Assembly: GCF_006345805.1 (NCBI RefSeq)
Contig: NC_042997.1
Coordinates: forward strand, 211,172,001 to 211,236,000
Source: Octopus sinensis
Lineage: Eukaryota
DNA length: 64,000 nucleotides
Direction: 5' to 3'
Shown here: in pieces, positions 50,818 through 62,660 of the stretch
Layout: every line of letters begins with the position of its first letter
Position numbering within the stretch: the first letter of the stretch is position 1
Program-made: the position numbers and the translations under genes
The notes under the pieces: model-generated
Told to the model about the DNA's origin: nothing
What the model saw: the letters and a program-made list of their open reading frames with translations, nothing else
Database searches by the model: none

Positions 50818-51110
50818 AATATGCCGAAACTGTCACTAGAAGCTAGGATCACCAAGCATAGATTGACATATTTTGGTCATATTATGCAGAGAAAATCCCT
50901 GGAGAAGGACATCATGCTCGGAATGGTCAGTGGCAAGAGAGGAAGAGGCCGACCAAGAACCCACTGGCTTGACACCATCAAGAGTGATACCAGAATGGAC
51001 ATAGCCAATCTGAAAGAAGCAGCCCAGAATAGAACTGGCTGGAGGACACTGACCCATTGAGTAACCAAGAGTCGACTTCGACTGAGCGGATAGATAGATA
51101 GATAGATAGA
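50818..51110 (+). mobile_element. RTE LINE 3' end with (GATA)n tail
   Basis: SLEARITKHRLTYFGHIMQRKSLEKDIMLGMVSGKRGRGRPRTHWLDTIK..AQNRTGWR, a typical RTE/BovB-like C-terminus. Confidence 0.88.
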
Positions 51111-51154
51111 TGTTTGAGGCACTTTTGAACTGGGGAATAAGCTATTCACTGCGT

Positions 51155-51930
51155 TTTGTCACAGAGAATGTCTCGCTTGTTGACAAATGGTGTGTATGCA
51201 TCTAGATCAGTTCACAGCGCCACCTACCTTGATTGTGAGACGCCAGCATTTTGAAGCATTTATCTCCTCTCCAGTCAAAGACACAAGGCAGATGGCGCTA
51301 CAAGCTGAGTCACTGTATAGTAACTGGAGGACTGGAGCAGCAGAAGAGATTCAATTTCTTCAATCAGCTCGTAGCATCATCTGCCTGGTGTCTGTGACTG
51401 AAGAGGAGATAACTACTCAAAAATGCTAGCATCTCCCAGTCTAGGTAGGTGGAGCTGCGAGTTGGTCTAGGTGTATACACACCATTTGTCAACAAGCGAG
51501 ATATATTCTCCATGACAAACTGCAGCGAGTTGCTTGTTTCCCCCAGTTTGAACATGCACCAAGCATATTCAGGCTGAGAACAACGTTGCAATTTCATTTA
51601 TCTCTGTCCCCTCCGTAATTTTTCTTACTGTGAGCCAGTGTGTAGTGCTGCCAGTCACCTGATGGTGACTGGAGAAACATTAGAGGGGGTAATCTCTGAA
51701 TTCAGCTTGCAGTGCCATCTGCCTGGTGTCTGTGGCTGAAGAGGAAATAACTGCTCCAAAATGCTAGCATTTCACAGTCTAGGTAGGTGGCGCTGTGAAC
51801 TGATCTAGATGTATACACACCATTTGTCAACAAGTGAGATATAGTCTCTGAGACAAAACACTACCAGCAGCTTGTTTCCCCCCCAGTTTGAACATGCACC
51901 AAGCATATTCACGATGATAACAACATTGCA
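51155..51930. repeat. Three-arm fold-back element
   Basis: About 51155-51297 is inverted relative to about 51375-51515; about 51712-51930 directly repeats about 51375-51595. Confidence 0.75.
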
Positions 51931-51942
51931 ACTGTATCAATA

Positions 51943-52129
51943 CGGTTCTGTATTTAAGAGATGAGGAATTATTTATATTATTTACATTTAACGGATATTT
52001 GTCCTCATCTTGTTTGTTATTAACACAACGTTTCGTCTGATATACCCTCCAGCCTTCATCAGGTGTCTTGGGGAAATTTCGAGCCTGGGTTAGGAATGAG
52101 AACCCAGGTTCGAAATAATGTAAATAATG
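51943..52129 (-). mobile_element. Non-autonomous Penelope-like (pLTR-derived) insertion
   Basis: 187 bp between 13-bp direct repeats aactgtatcaata (51930-51942 and 52130-52142). Contains the hammerhead motif and a 16-bp-arm inverted tail (52076-52091 / 52101-52116). Confidence 0.65.
52022..52067 (-). ncRNA. Minimal type I hammerhead ribozyme motif (Penelope-like element type)
   Basis: Minus strand reads GACAC CUGAUGA A GGCUGG agggUaUa UCAGAC GAAA CGUU GUGUU: stem I GACAC/GUGUU, core CUGAUGA..GAAA, stem II with one mismatch, palindromic ACGU stem III, predicted GUU cleavage triplet. Confidence 0.7.
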
Positions 52130-52364
52130 AACTGTATCAATAGTTTCAATTTGATGCTGGAACTGAAGAACGTTGCATTGCTTTTGTTAGTGTTGAAATG
52201 AGTATGAAACATGGTATCTAGTATGTAAAAGCGTGATAGGAGCTGCCTTTCATCTTTCTGAGGTTGATAACTTAAGTACCAGTTGCATACTGGGGTCGAT
52301 CTAATCGACTGGCCTCCTCCCCAAACGTTTCAGGCCTTGTGCCTAGAGTAGAAAAGAATATTTA

Positions 52365-52590
52365 AGGTGGCAAACTGGCAGAAACATTAGCATGCCAGCT
52401 GAAATACTTAGCGGTATTTTGTCTGTCTTTACGTTCTGAGTTCGAATTCCACAAAGGTCGACTTTGCCTTTCATCCTTTCGGGGTTGATTAAATAAGTAC
52501 CATTTGCGTACTGGGGTCAATCTAATTGACTGCCCCCCCCCCACCTTCCCCCAAAATTTCGGGTCTTGTGCCTAGAGTAGAAAAGAATGA
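52365..52590 (+). mobile_element. SINE family A copy (partial duplicate at about 52245-52355)
   Basis: Consensus match. Confidence 0.7.
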
Positions 52591-53472
52591 TATTTGTGGA
52601 GAATTGTGGAGGAATTGAAATTTACCTCTTAGTTGGTGAAGGGTAACAAAACCTTGTGGTAATTATTACGTTAGTGGGTCTCTAAAGAAAATTGGAGATA
52701 ACTTCCAGAAATAAGGAATTGATTTTGCTGATATTGAAATTTCATGTTAAGGGACAAAATTTAATGTTTGTTAAGGGCGGGCAACTAGAGACAGGTTTCT
52801 GTTTTATTATACCTCATCAATGAATCATAACCATTCAGCAGAGCTTTTTCTGTATTGATCATTTGATCCAGATTTCTAAAAAAGAAAGAATCATGAAGAA
52901 TTTTAAGCATGAAAATTCAATCATCTTTGAAACTAATTTTTAATTTCTTGAAATTATTCCCCTCCTCTTTGTCTATGAAAGTCATCAACAGACAACACGA
53001 GAGTTTTGCTTAATCTTTCCAGCTAAAAGGCAGATTTTAATTCCTTAAGAATTATTTACCTCCACTAATCAATACATCGCCACACATCTGAATAATTTAA
53101 ATTCATGCCATTGATTCACTTGAGTAATCTCCCTTGAATTCCTCTAGTGTCCCAGGGCTACAGTAGAAGACACTTGCCCAAGGTGTCACGCAGTGGGACT
53201 GAACCTGGAACCATGTGGCTGGCGAGAAAACCTCTTACCATCCAGCCACACCTGCGTCTACTTTCTCTTGATTCTTTTATTTCAATCTATTTCACACACA
53301 CACACACACACACCCCAACTCGTTATTTCAGCTAATTAGCTTTCGTATCAGTCATTTCACTCCAAATATTTTATCCTCTGGAATCTACCCAACAGAAATG
53401 AAATTTCCTTTCAGAAATGTGTCCATGTTTTATTTGGAACCTGTTTTTTTATTTTTATTTTTATTTCTTTAG

Positions 53473-53526
53473 ATGCTGAGGAATGGTTTTCTTACCCTCT
53501 GCCACTTTGATATTCCTCACGAAGTG
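53473..53526 (+). CDS. ZER1: ZER1 coding exon 8
   Basis: tttag|ATG to gtg|gtaagt, 54 nt. MLRNGFLTLCHFDIPHEV resembles ZER1 QRNCCLTLCNFSIPEE. Confidence 0.92.
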
Positions 53527-53574
53527 GTAAGTGTTCTAACGCCTTTCTCTATCTTAATTCTCTCTATTATCATC

Positions 53575-54190
53575 GTAAAAAACACCATCCGGGCGTGGCC
53601 GTTCGCCAGACTCGTCTGGCACCTGTGTCGGTGGCACAAAATAAAACACCATCCGGGCGTGGCCGTTCGCCAGCCTCGTCTGGCACCTGTGTCGGTGGCA
53701 CAAAAAAAAACACCATCCGAGCGTGGCCGTTCGCCAGCCTCGTCTGGCACCTGTGTCGGTGGCACAAACAAAAAAACACCATCCGAGCGTGGCCGTTCGC
53801 CAGCCTAGTCTGGCACCTGTGTCGGTGGCACAAAAAAAAAAACACCATCCGAGCGTGGCCGTTCGCCAGCCTCGTCTGGCACCTGTGTCGGTGGCACAAA
53901 AAAAAACACCATCCGAGCGTGGCCGTTCACCAGCCTCGTCTGGCACCTGTGTCGGTGGCACATAAAAAACACCATCCGAGCGTGGCCGTTCGCCAGCCTT
54001 GTCTGGCACCTGTGTCGGTGGCACATAAAAAGCACCCACTACACTCACGGAGTGGTTAGCATCCAGCTGTAGAAACTCTGCCAGATCTGACTGGCCTGGT
54101 GCAGCCTTCGGGCTTCCCAGACCCCAGTTGAACCGTCCAACCCATGCTAGCATGGAAAGCGGACGTTAAACGATGATTATGCTGATCATC
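53575..54190 (+). mobile_element. Retroposon family D copy with 8 tandem modules of about 57-61 bp
   Basis: (a)n caccatccgagcgtggccgttcgccagcctcgtctggcacctgtgtcggtggcac x8 (53575 to about 54025), followed by the family D body. Confidence 0.88.
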
Positions 54191-54941
54191 ATCATCGTCA
54201 TTTAATGTTTGCTTGCTGTGCTGGCATCGGTCGGACACTTTGACAGGATCCAGCAAGCTGCAACACTGTGCACTGAGCTTCAATTCCTAACAATTTTTTT
54301 TTAAGCATCCCACTGAAATTATCGTGTGTGGTGGTCATTATTCTGTCTTGCAAAGTAAACACAGCAATGTCACTCGACACACTGCCTCATGATGGTCACT
54401 GCTGACTCTCACTGGGCACGCAACCATGTGCTGCCATCTGTTGGTACGCTACAGAATTAGTCTGGAAACTTTTTGATACCTCCACTTACACATGGGGACA
54501 CACACACGGGTACATACATATACACAGGCACACACATGTCCACAGGTTTGCGTGCACAAACAGGCAACTAATTAGTTACATAATTACCTAATAATAATAA
54601 TAATAAGTGAAATAGAACTGGTGTATGTGTTTTTTCTTGGCAAATGACCGTCCCAAAATACAATAATTTGTTTCAACACGTTTCCACTCCATTAATCGTG
54701 CAAAATATTACTATTAATTAACACTATTGTTAATAAAGGTAGTTTTTCTATTTAATATATAACAACTTCAGATTTTCTGAGCTTATTACAGTTTAAATTA
54801 TATATTTCAATTAAACTTTTAAATATATTATTTGTGAACTAAGAATATTTTTTTTTAACGGAAAAAAATTTTTTTCTGTAGCTATAACTTATTAAATTAT
54901 CAAATTAACCACAAGTAATTTTTTTTTTTTTTTTTTTCCAG

Positions 54942-55103
54942 CTTTACTGTTACAAACGTCTTGTCAAAATTCTCCTTGGTGCTGTAACTCCAGAAAACCA
55001 AGACCATTTAGTGCAACGTATTGGTATATCTCTGCTGAATTGTCTGGCTTGCCAAGTTGATGGTACCGAGAAGAGAATGGTCGGAGAGTTAGGAGTTATT
55101 TGC
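54942..55103 (+). CDS. ZER1: ZER1 coding exon 9 (ARM repeats)
   Basis: (T)n ccag|CTT to tgc|gtgagt, 162 nt. ..VQRIGISLLNCLACQVDGTEKRMVGELG resembles ZER1 IQRIAVHLCNALVCQVD..K..VGKMG. Confidence 0.93.
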
Positions 55104-56173
55104 GTGAGTTTCTCATTGCCCTTATTTGTTGTCATTGTCTGTTTTCTTCGATAAAATACTTGGGTCTGTTACGAAACACATTATGAAAACACTGTGTCTT
55201 TTTCCTTGTAAGGACCGTGGTCCTTCAATGCTCCTCTTATTAGCACACCACACTCCCTCATACCAACCCTTCCATCCATTCATCAACTCGTCTTCTGTTT
55301 CACATAGAAATTGACAGACAACAAAGCATACCATGTCCACCTTTTCGTTTCTCTCCAACGACTGCCATAACTCTTCCCACACTACACAGACGCATTCTTC
55401 ATAGAATCGTAATACTTACCAAGTTACAGAGCTTAGAGACTTTCTTAATGACTTTCTTCATATCAACAAATACCAAGAATGCTGTAATTTTGGCTAAGGA
55501 TTTCCCTTGCACTGGCTTCACCAGAATTATGGTGCCTACACACACGCACACAAAACATCCTTCCTCCTACTGACAGAGGATGAAAATTGCTTATGATAGC
55601 ATGAAATTGTAACACTATCGACAACTTCTTGATTAGCTCCAGTAAAACCAATCAACTATGTAAATATTTCATTCCATAGAAAAAAAAAGTATTTTCTGTC
55701 CAACATCAAGTTTCTCTGCATTTTCCTTCTTTTTATATTTTTCACTACAATTCACCACTTGGTAAAAACTTTTGTTAAATCAAACCTTTTCACTATTTGT
55801 GTGTGTGTGTTGCACAAACTGTTACGATCCCCAAATACAGCCTAATGCCTCATCCTATCCTGAATTAACTTTACTAAGATTTTCTCAATCCATCTCGACA
55901 AGAGGTCAATCCCTGTAATTGTGACGTCTCCCTAATTGGTTCCCTTTCCACTACCTTTATCCATTGCTGCACACCTGACACACAACCGTGACAGACATTA
56001 GACTTAACAGCTTCCTCTCCTACTTAATGAGCAAAAGTAATTCGCTTACTATTTACTTGGACTAAATTTTATCTAAAATGAACCCTAATTACCAAAAATA
56101 AGCATCACTGCTCTCCTCAGATTCTGGATAATTTCTTCATGAATTCTAAAGTGAGTTTCTTTCTTCTTTTCAG

Positions 56174-56264
56174 ACTATGCTCTCCATTGTTAGGCGGAAA
56201 CTTGAGAGTAAAGTTTGTGATGAAACCTTGGAAGTTTCCTGGAGTACCATGTGGAATGTGACTG
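56174..56264 (+). CDS. ZER1: ZER1 coding exon 10 (ARM repeats)
   Basis: ttcag|ACT to g|gtaagt, 91 nt, phase 0-1. TMLSIVRRKLESKVCDETLEVSWSTMWNVT resembles ZER1 TML..CDQVMEFSWSALWNIT. Confidence 0.93.
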
Positions 56265-57064
56265 GTAAGTGGATTGCAGATGGCTTCTTTTAACATCATC
56301 ATCACATTATCCTCATTTAACACCATTTTCCATGCGGGCATGGACGGGAGCTGACCAGCTGAAGGGCTGTCCAGGCTCCATGTGTCTGTTTTGGTATGGT
56401 TTCTACAGCTGGATGCCCTTCCTAACGCCAACCACTTTGCAGTGCTTACAGACCCGCAAGATTAGAGATGCTCAGCTAGAGAGGGATGCAAGGGCAACCA
56501 TGCTTTTACTTAGCGTGATGTCTTTTCAGGCCCAGCAAACTGACAGGAGCCTCGGTTCCCTGTCGTCCCCTCTCTGAGTCCCAACAAAATTAGACTGATA
56601 GAATCAGTGTCAGACTTGAAAAAAAGAAGTCCTTCAAAGCAGTGCTCCAGCATGGTCACAGTCCCCAATGACTGAAAGAAGAAGCAAAAAGTAAAAAATA
56701 ACGCTGAGATTCGTTTAGATTCCTTTCAAATTCCTTATTTTCCATTTCTCTTCCATTCCTTAATTCCTTGACAACAACTAAGAACTTTTCAAATATTTTA
56801 CATTCCAATCTTTTCTTTTTACCTTTTACTTGTTTCTGTCATTAGACTGTGGCCATGCTGGGGCACTGCTGCCTTGAAGAATTTTTGGTTGAATGAATGA
56901 GTACTTATTATTTGAAGCCTGGTATTTATCCTGTTTTTTTTTTGTTTGTTTTTTTTGCTGGACTGCTAAGTTATGGGAGCGTAAGCACACCAAGTGGTAT
57001 TTGGGAGCAAACACACACAAAACGAGCTTCTTTCAGTCTTGGTTTCCTGTCATCCCGTCTGTGA

Positions 57065-57480
57065 GACCCTACATCTGAAGATCCTTTCTCACTACTTCAT
57101 CCTATGTCTTCCTGGGTCTACTCCTTCCCTCCACAATTAGAGATCAGCACCTCTTGATGCAGCTGTCTTCATTTATACGCATCATATGACCGTACCAGTG
57201 CAGTCTCCTCTCTTTTGCACACTACATTTGATGTCTCATATACCGAGTTCTTCTCTCAAATCTGCCATATATACACACTGCCATATATATATACACACTG
57301 CCATATATATATATATATACACACTGACATCACCCATCCAGCAGAGCATACTGGCTTCATTTCTTTCAAGCCTCTGCATGTCCTCAGTTATCACAGCCCA
57401 TGTTTCACTGCTGCGTAGCATAGCCATTCGTACACTGGCATCATACAATCTGCCTTTCACTCCAAGAGGGAAAGGCTCTT
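57065..57480 (-). mobile_element. RTE LINE C-terminal remnant
   Basis: RLYDASVRMAMLRSSETWAVITEDMQRLERNEASMLCWMGDVSV..LREELGI. Confidence 0.8.
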
Positions 57481-59693
57481 CTTTACCATCAGCGGTAGTA
57501 GTTCTCTAAACTTTGCCCAGCCTATTCTTATTCTAGCTGTTAGGCTTTCAGAACAACCTTCACCACTACTTACTTGGTCACCTAAGTAACAAAACTGCCT
57601 ATTATTTCTAAGGATCTTCCCTAACATTTGAGGGGGTCTGGTTTTTTTTTTAATTCCTGATGTTTAATGTAGCTGTACATCTACCACATGCAAAGACTAC
57701 TTTCTCATTAGTCATCCAGCGATACTGCTGCACCTCTTATGTGCCCATAGCTTGCACTGGGTGCACCATATGGAGTTTCTCCCAACACCTTTTCTACATA
57801 TCAAGCAGGGCCATCTCCCTGAAGGGATCTGTGGTTTGTCTGCTTTCCTACTTTCATCATTTAGCGTCCGCTTTCCATGCTAGCATGGGTTGGACGGTTC
57901 AACTGGGGTCTGTGAAGCTGGAAGGCTTCGTCAGGCCCAGTCAGTTTCTACGGCTGGATGCCCTTCCTAACGCCAACCACTTTGGTTGTCGTTAATTTAA
58001 CTATAAGGCCATTTGATTCCAGACCAGAAATTTCTTCTCTAGTTCTGTGCTTGTGCCACATAAAAAGCACTAAGTGCACTCTGCTGAATGGTTGGTGTTA
58101 GGAAGGGCATCTACCTGTAAAAATCCTGCCAAAACAGTAACAGGTGTCTGATGCAGGCTCCTGTCTGGCCAACTCCTGTCAAACCATTCCACCCATGCCA
58201 GCATGAGGGTGCAGACATTTAACGATGAAGAGTTTTAGTAGTGATTCAGCCAATACAGAGAGATCAGCATGGAGGGGCGCCCAGTTTTAAATTCCTCAGT
58301 TATAAAGTGAACTTTTATTTAACTGAACTATAATCAGTTAAGAAATGAAAAGATTTCTTTTTTTAAGCCAATTCATGAAAATACAAAATAATTCTATAAA
58401 GAATTTCTCTGCTACCATTATTACTGTCTCATATCCCTGCCATTATTATCATTTCATCAAAGTTAACTCTATCCCTATGTTCTGGCTCTTTCCATGACCT
58501 CCACCCCCTGTCCAGTAGTTTCATACCTCTCTAATTCTCTTTCTTTAGTGTGTCTCTTTTGCCTCTGCAGCAGTTTTCTATGAAACCACTCCACCAATCA
58601 TTCGATTTTTCACTTGGTGTTCATATAACCCACCTCACCAGTTGTTTCATGCATCTCACTCTCCCTGATAAACCACTTGGCTTCCCCTCTCTTCATCTCA
58701 TTAATTGTTCTGTCTACCACACGCCTAGCTCTTGGTTTACATCATTTCTATCAAATATTGTCTCCTATATTTATAACAGGTCTGCCAATTATTATTTGGT
58801 CCCTGTATACACACACACATCATCATCATTATCATTTAACGTCCGTTGTCCATGCTGGCATGGGTTAGACAGTTTGACAGCAAGTGGCACGCTGGAAGGC
58901 TGCACCAGACCCCAGTCTGATTTGGCATGGTTTTCTATAAATGGATGCCCTTCCTAATGCCAGCCACTCAGAGAGTGTAGTGGGTGCTTTTTATGTGCCA
59001 CCAGTTTGGGTGCCATTTGTGTGACACCAGTATCTGCCATGACTGTGATTTTGCTTGGCTTGATGGATCTTCTTCTCAAGCCCAACATAATACCAAAGGT
59101 CTTGGTCATTTGCCTCTGTGAGAGCCAACACTCGAAAGGAACTCAGCCACCTTGCCTCCATGAGGCCCAACACTCAGGAACTCAGTTACTTTACCTCCAT
59201 GAGGCCCAACTTGATTGGCTTGTTGGGTCCTCTTAAGCAGAGCACATCGCCAAAGATCTCGATCCCTTGTCATCACCTTTGTGAAACCCAGCATCTGAAG
59301 ATCATGGTTGACCACTTCCTCCTCCGAAAATCATGCTTCACTACTTTGTCCTGCTTCACCGTTATACATGGGTAAGAGCCAACGATCCAAGTGTAGGAAG
59401 TTTGTAAGCTTCAAGCAGTCCATGGCAGGTATGGAAAAGAAACAGTGGATCATGTGCCTTCAAGAACAGTAACAATTTATTGGCATCAATGGTTACTCTT
59501 CCCCATATTGAAGTTACAAAGAAACACGATAAGCTGGACATTTCTGTATAGCTCACTTGTAGCAACTAGAGTTGCTATGAATGTGAATGAAAATCCAAAT
59601 TTAGGGAGTGGAATTGGTAAAATCCAGGCCACATATGATTCCTAGTGTGCTGATCCTTTGATGTGGTAAGCATGGAAAAACAGACGTTAAACA

Positions 59694-59725
<32 letters not shown>

Positions 59726-60429
59726 ACACACACACACACACACACATTTGGTCTGTCAATAGTTATTCAGGTGCAGACATGTGGAGTCAGGTTCAGTCCC
59801 ACCGTGTGACACGTTGGACAAGTGTTTTCTATTATAACCCTGGGCCAACCAAAGCTTGTCACTTGATGAAGTTGACAGAAACTGATACAAACCCATTATA
59901 TATGTATTGTGTGTGTGTGTGCAACTTTGTCTTAACATTATCTGGTGGTTGTAACGAGCATCACCATCATACAGCATTGCCAGTGTCACTAAGGACCTTG
60001 CAAGACAAAACCCCTTCAACTGGGAGAGGGGAGGGGTGTATGATGTATATCATCATCATTTAACGTCCATTGTCCATGCTGGCAAGGGTTGGACAGTTTG
60101 ACCAGGGCTGGAAGGCTGCACCAGACTCCAGTCTGATTTGGCAGGGTTTCTGCGGCTGGATGCCCCTCATAACACCAACCACTCCGAGAGTGTAGTGGGT
60201 GCTTTTATGTGCCACTGGCATGTGTGCCATTTGTGTGACACTGGTATCTGCCATGACAGTGTTTTTGCTCAGCTTCATGGGTCTTCTTTACAAGCATAGC
60301 ATAATGCCAAAGGTCTCGGTCATTGCTTCTGAGAGGCCCAACACTTGAAATGAGCTGACCCACTTTGCCTTTGTGAGCCCCAAATGCCCAAAAGGTGCTT
60401 TTCATGTGCCAGTTATGTGACACCAGTAT

Positions 60430-60779
60430 CAGCCACGATTATGGTCTCGACTGGCTTCTGTGCTGGTGGCATATAAAAAGCACCATCCGAACGTGGCCGA
60501 TGCCAGCACCGCCTCGACTGGCTTCTGTGCCGGTGGCACATAAAAAGCACCAATCCGACTGTGGCCGATGCCAGACCCCTCTGGCACCTGTGCAGGTGGC
60601 ACGTAAAAAGCACCCACTACACTCGCGGAGTGGTTGGCGTTAGGAAGGGCATCCAGCTGTAGAAACACTGCCAGATCAGACAAGCCTGGAGCAGCCCCTG
60701 GCTCCCCAGACCCTGGTCGAACCGTCCAACCCATGCTAGCATGGAAAACGGACATTAAACGATGATGATGATGATGATG
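60430..60779 (+). mobile_element. Retroposon family D copy with 3 modules
   Basis: Close to the reverse complement of 23150-23490. Confidence 0.8.
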
Positions 60780-60883
60780 GCTTGACAAGTCCTGTCTGAT
60801 GAATATTTATGGTGATAGCAGTGGGCATTGCCCTGGGACTCTGTCAAATGAAGGCCTTAAAATAGATTTTCTTTTTTGTGCAG

Positions 60884-60954
60884 ATGAGACTCCTTCAAAC
60901 TGTGAAAAATTCATGGATGGAGATGGCATGGAATTATTTATTCAGTGTCTCAAG
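60884..60954 (+). CDS. ZER1: ZER1 coding exon 11
   Basis: tgcag|AT to aag|gtaggt, 71 nt, phase 1-0. (D)ETPSNCEKFMDGDGMELFIQCLK resembles ZER1 DETPDNCEMF..GMKLFLDCLK. Confidence 0.93.
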
Positions 60955-61057
60955 GTAGGTGCCACTTCAACAACTTCTTTGAATCTCTTCAAAAGAACTT
61001 TTCCATATTTCTATTAAATTTATTCTCATGACTTTTTACCATTGAAAATTGGTTTAA

Positions 61058-61278
61058 CCCTTTAGTGTTCACATTATTCTGCCAAAATTTATGCTTTTTC
61101 ATGCATATTGTTTTGAACTAATCATGCATTATCTTGTAGCTGTGAGATTTTGATGAGGTAGCTGTTAATTTTTAAAATGATATTGTAGGGTTGGTGTGAG
61201 AGACCAGATCTGGCCAGTTTGAACATAAAACAGGCAGACTACTTTGGGCCGGATATGGCCGGTTTAAATGCTAAAGGG
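61058..61278. mobile_element. piggyBac-like MITE family P2
   Basis: TTAA|CCCTTTAG..CTAAAGGG|TTAA with perfect 8-bp TIRs. Confidence 0.85.
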
Positions 61279-61459
61279 TTAATGTTCGTTAACAAACGTC
61301 AATAAATTTTCAAAAAGTGAAGATGCTAGTTTATACAAGTAGTGATTAATTAATTTATATATGAACTAATTATGAAAATTATTTGTGAAAATGTCTGAGT
61401 TTGAAAACTAGTAATGCTTTCTCTGTGTGTTAACATTGAAAATATTTGTTTTTTTCTAG

Positions 61460-61507
61460 GAATTTCCTGAGAAACCAGAGTTACTCCGAAACATGATGGG
61501 ACTTATG
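61460..61507 (+). CDS. ZER1: ZER1 coding exon 12 (last exon in window)
   Basis: ttctag|GAA to atg|gtaaaa, 48 nt. EFPEKPELLRNMMGLM resembles ZER1 EFPEKQELHRNMLGLL. The expected GNVAE exon was not found before 64000. Confidence 0.92.
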
Positions 61508-61789
61508 GTAAAATAAACAGTCTTTTTTTTTTTTTTTACAATGTTTTATTTTTTTGTTTCAAAGAACTCCTACAGGGTTAGTTGAGAAACTTGTCTGAAG
61601 GCTTTTATGTTGAAATCTTGCCAACAACATGAGCTTGTGTACTTTGTCAAATCATTTACTGTTTCCAGTCATCTGTCTTCTCTGCTGACCGTTACTGGAA
61701 GGGTCGAGTCCTTAGGTACCTCCTTCATAGGGTCCCATCAGAAACAAATATCATTAAGTTTTCTGGATCTCCAAAGTGGGATCAACTGA

Positions 61790-62010
61790 GGCTATGGATA
61801 TTATTTGAGCATTTCATTCTTGGTCTACCCCTAGGTCTCCGTCTAGTTGGCTCATCTTGCGATCCTTTTCAGAGACACTCTAATCACACGTTTGTTGTCC
61901 TGGGGCTGTGAACTCTCAATGCTTGATTTGGGGAGACTCCCTCATCTCTGACCTACTCACTTTGTCGACTGATGTCACTCCAGGGATCCTTCAGAAGACC
62001 CATTTTAGCC
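61790..62010 (-). mobile_element. RTE LINE remnant (same family as 12745-13260)
   Basis: Frameshifted similarity to MGFLRRISGVT..DKVRSSEIRESL..IERSQ. Confidence 0.55.
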
Positions 62011-62395
62011 ACAATCATACCCTCTGGTTATGGAAGTGGTGAGTGTAGGACCAGTCAGCTGGTATCTACCGACAACATGGTGCTGTTTTGCTCATCAGAA
62101 GGTGACTGGCAGCATGCACGGAATCGGTCACAAGGCAGCAGATGACAGTTTTAGTGTTGCCAAGACTGAGACATTGGTCCCTGCAAGAAAGTCTTCCCAG
62201 TGCACTCTGCAGCTCAGTGGAACATCACTGAGACAAGAATCTTATTGATTATAAATATAAAATAGATTCTAGTATGAGTGGATGAAAATGATGGTAGGGA
62301 ACCTTTAAAAGAGTTCCTACAACCCATTGAGGACCATTGTAGCAGAATTTTATATCATTTAGGAAAAAGTTAATCTTGAAAGGTAATACAAATTT

Positions 62396-62660
62396 CATCA
62401 TCATCATCATCATCGTTTTTTAATGTCTGCCTTCCATGCTGGCATGGGTTGGACGGTTTGACTGAGGTCTGGAGAGACAGTGGCTGCACCAGGTTCCAAT
62501 CTGGTCTGGCAAAGTTTCTACAGCTGGATGCCCTTCCCAACGCCAACCACTCTGAGAGTGTAGTGAGTGCTTTTTACGTGCCCCTGGCACGGGGAGCCAG
62601 TCAAGGGAACACTGGCATTGGTCATGATCGGTTGATGCTTTTTACATGTCACCGGCACCG
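62396..62660 (-). mobile_element. Retroposon family D copy
   Basis: Consensus match. Confidence 0.75.

Noticed and set aside
53575-54025. CRISPR-like appearance of the hairpin-containing 60-bp array
   Set aside because: The units are near-identical with no unique spacers, they are part of a dispersed retroposon, the context is eukaryotic, and no cas genes are present.
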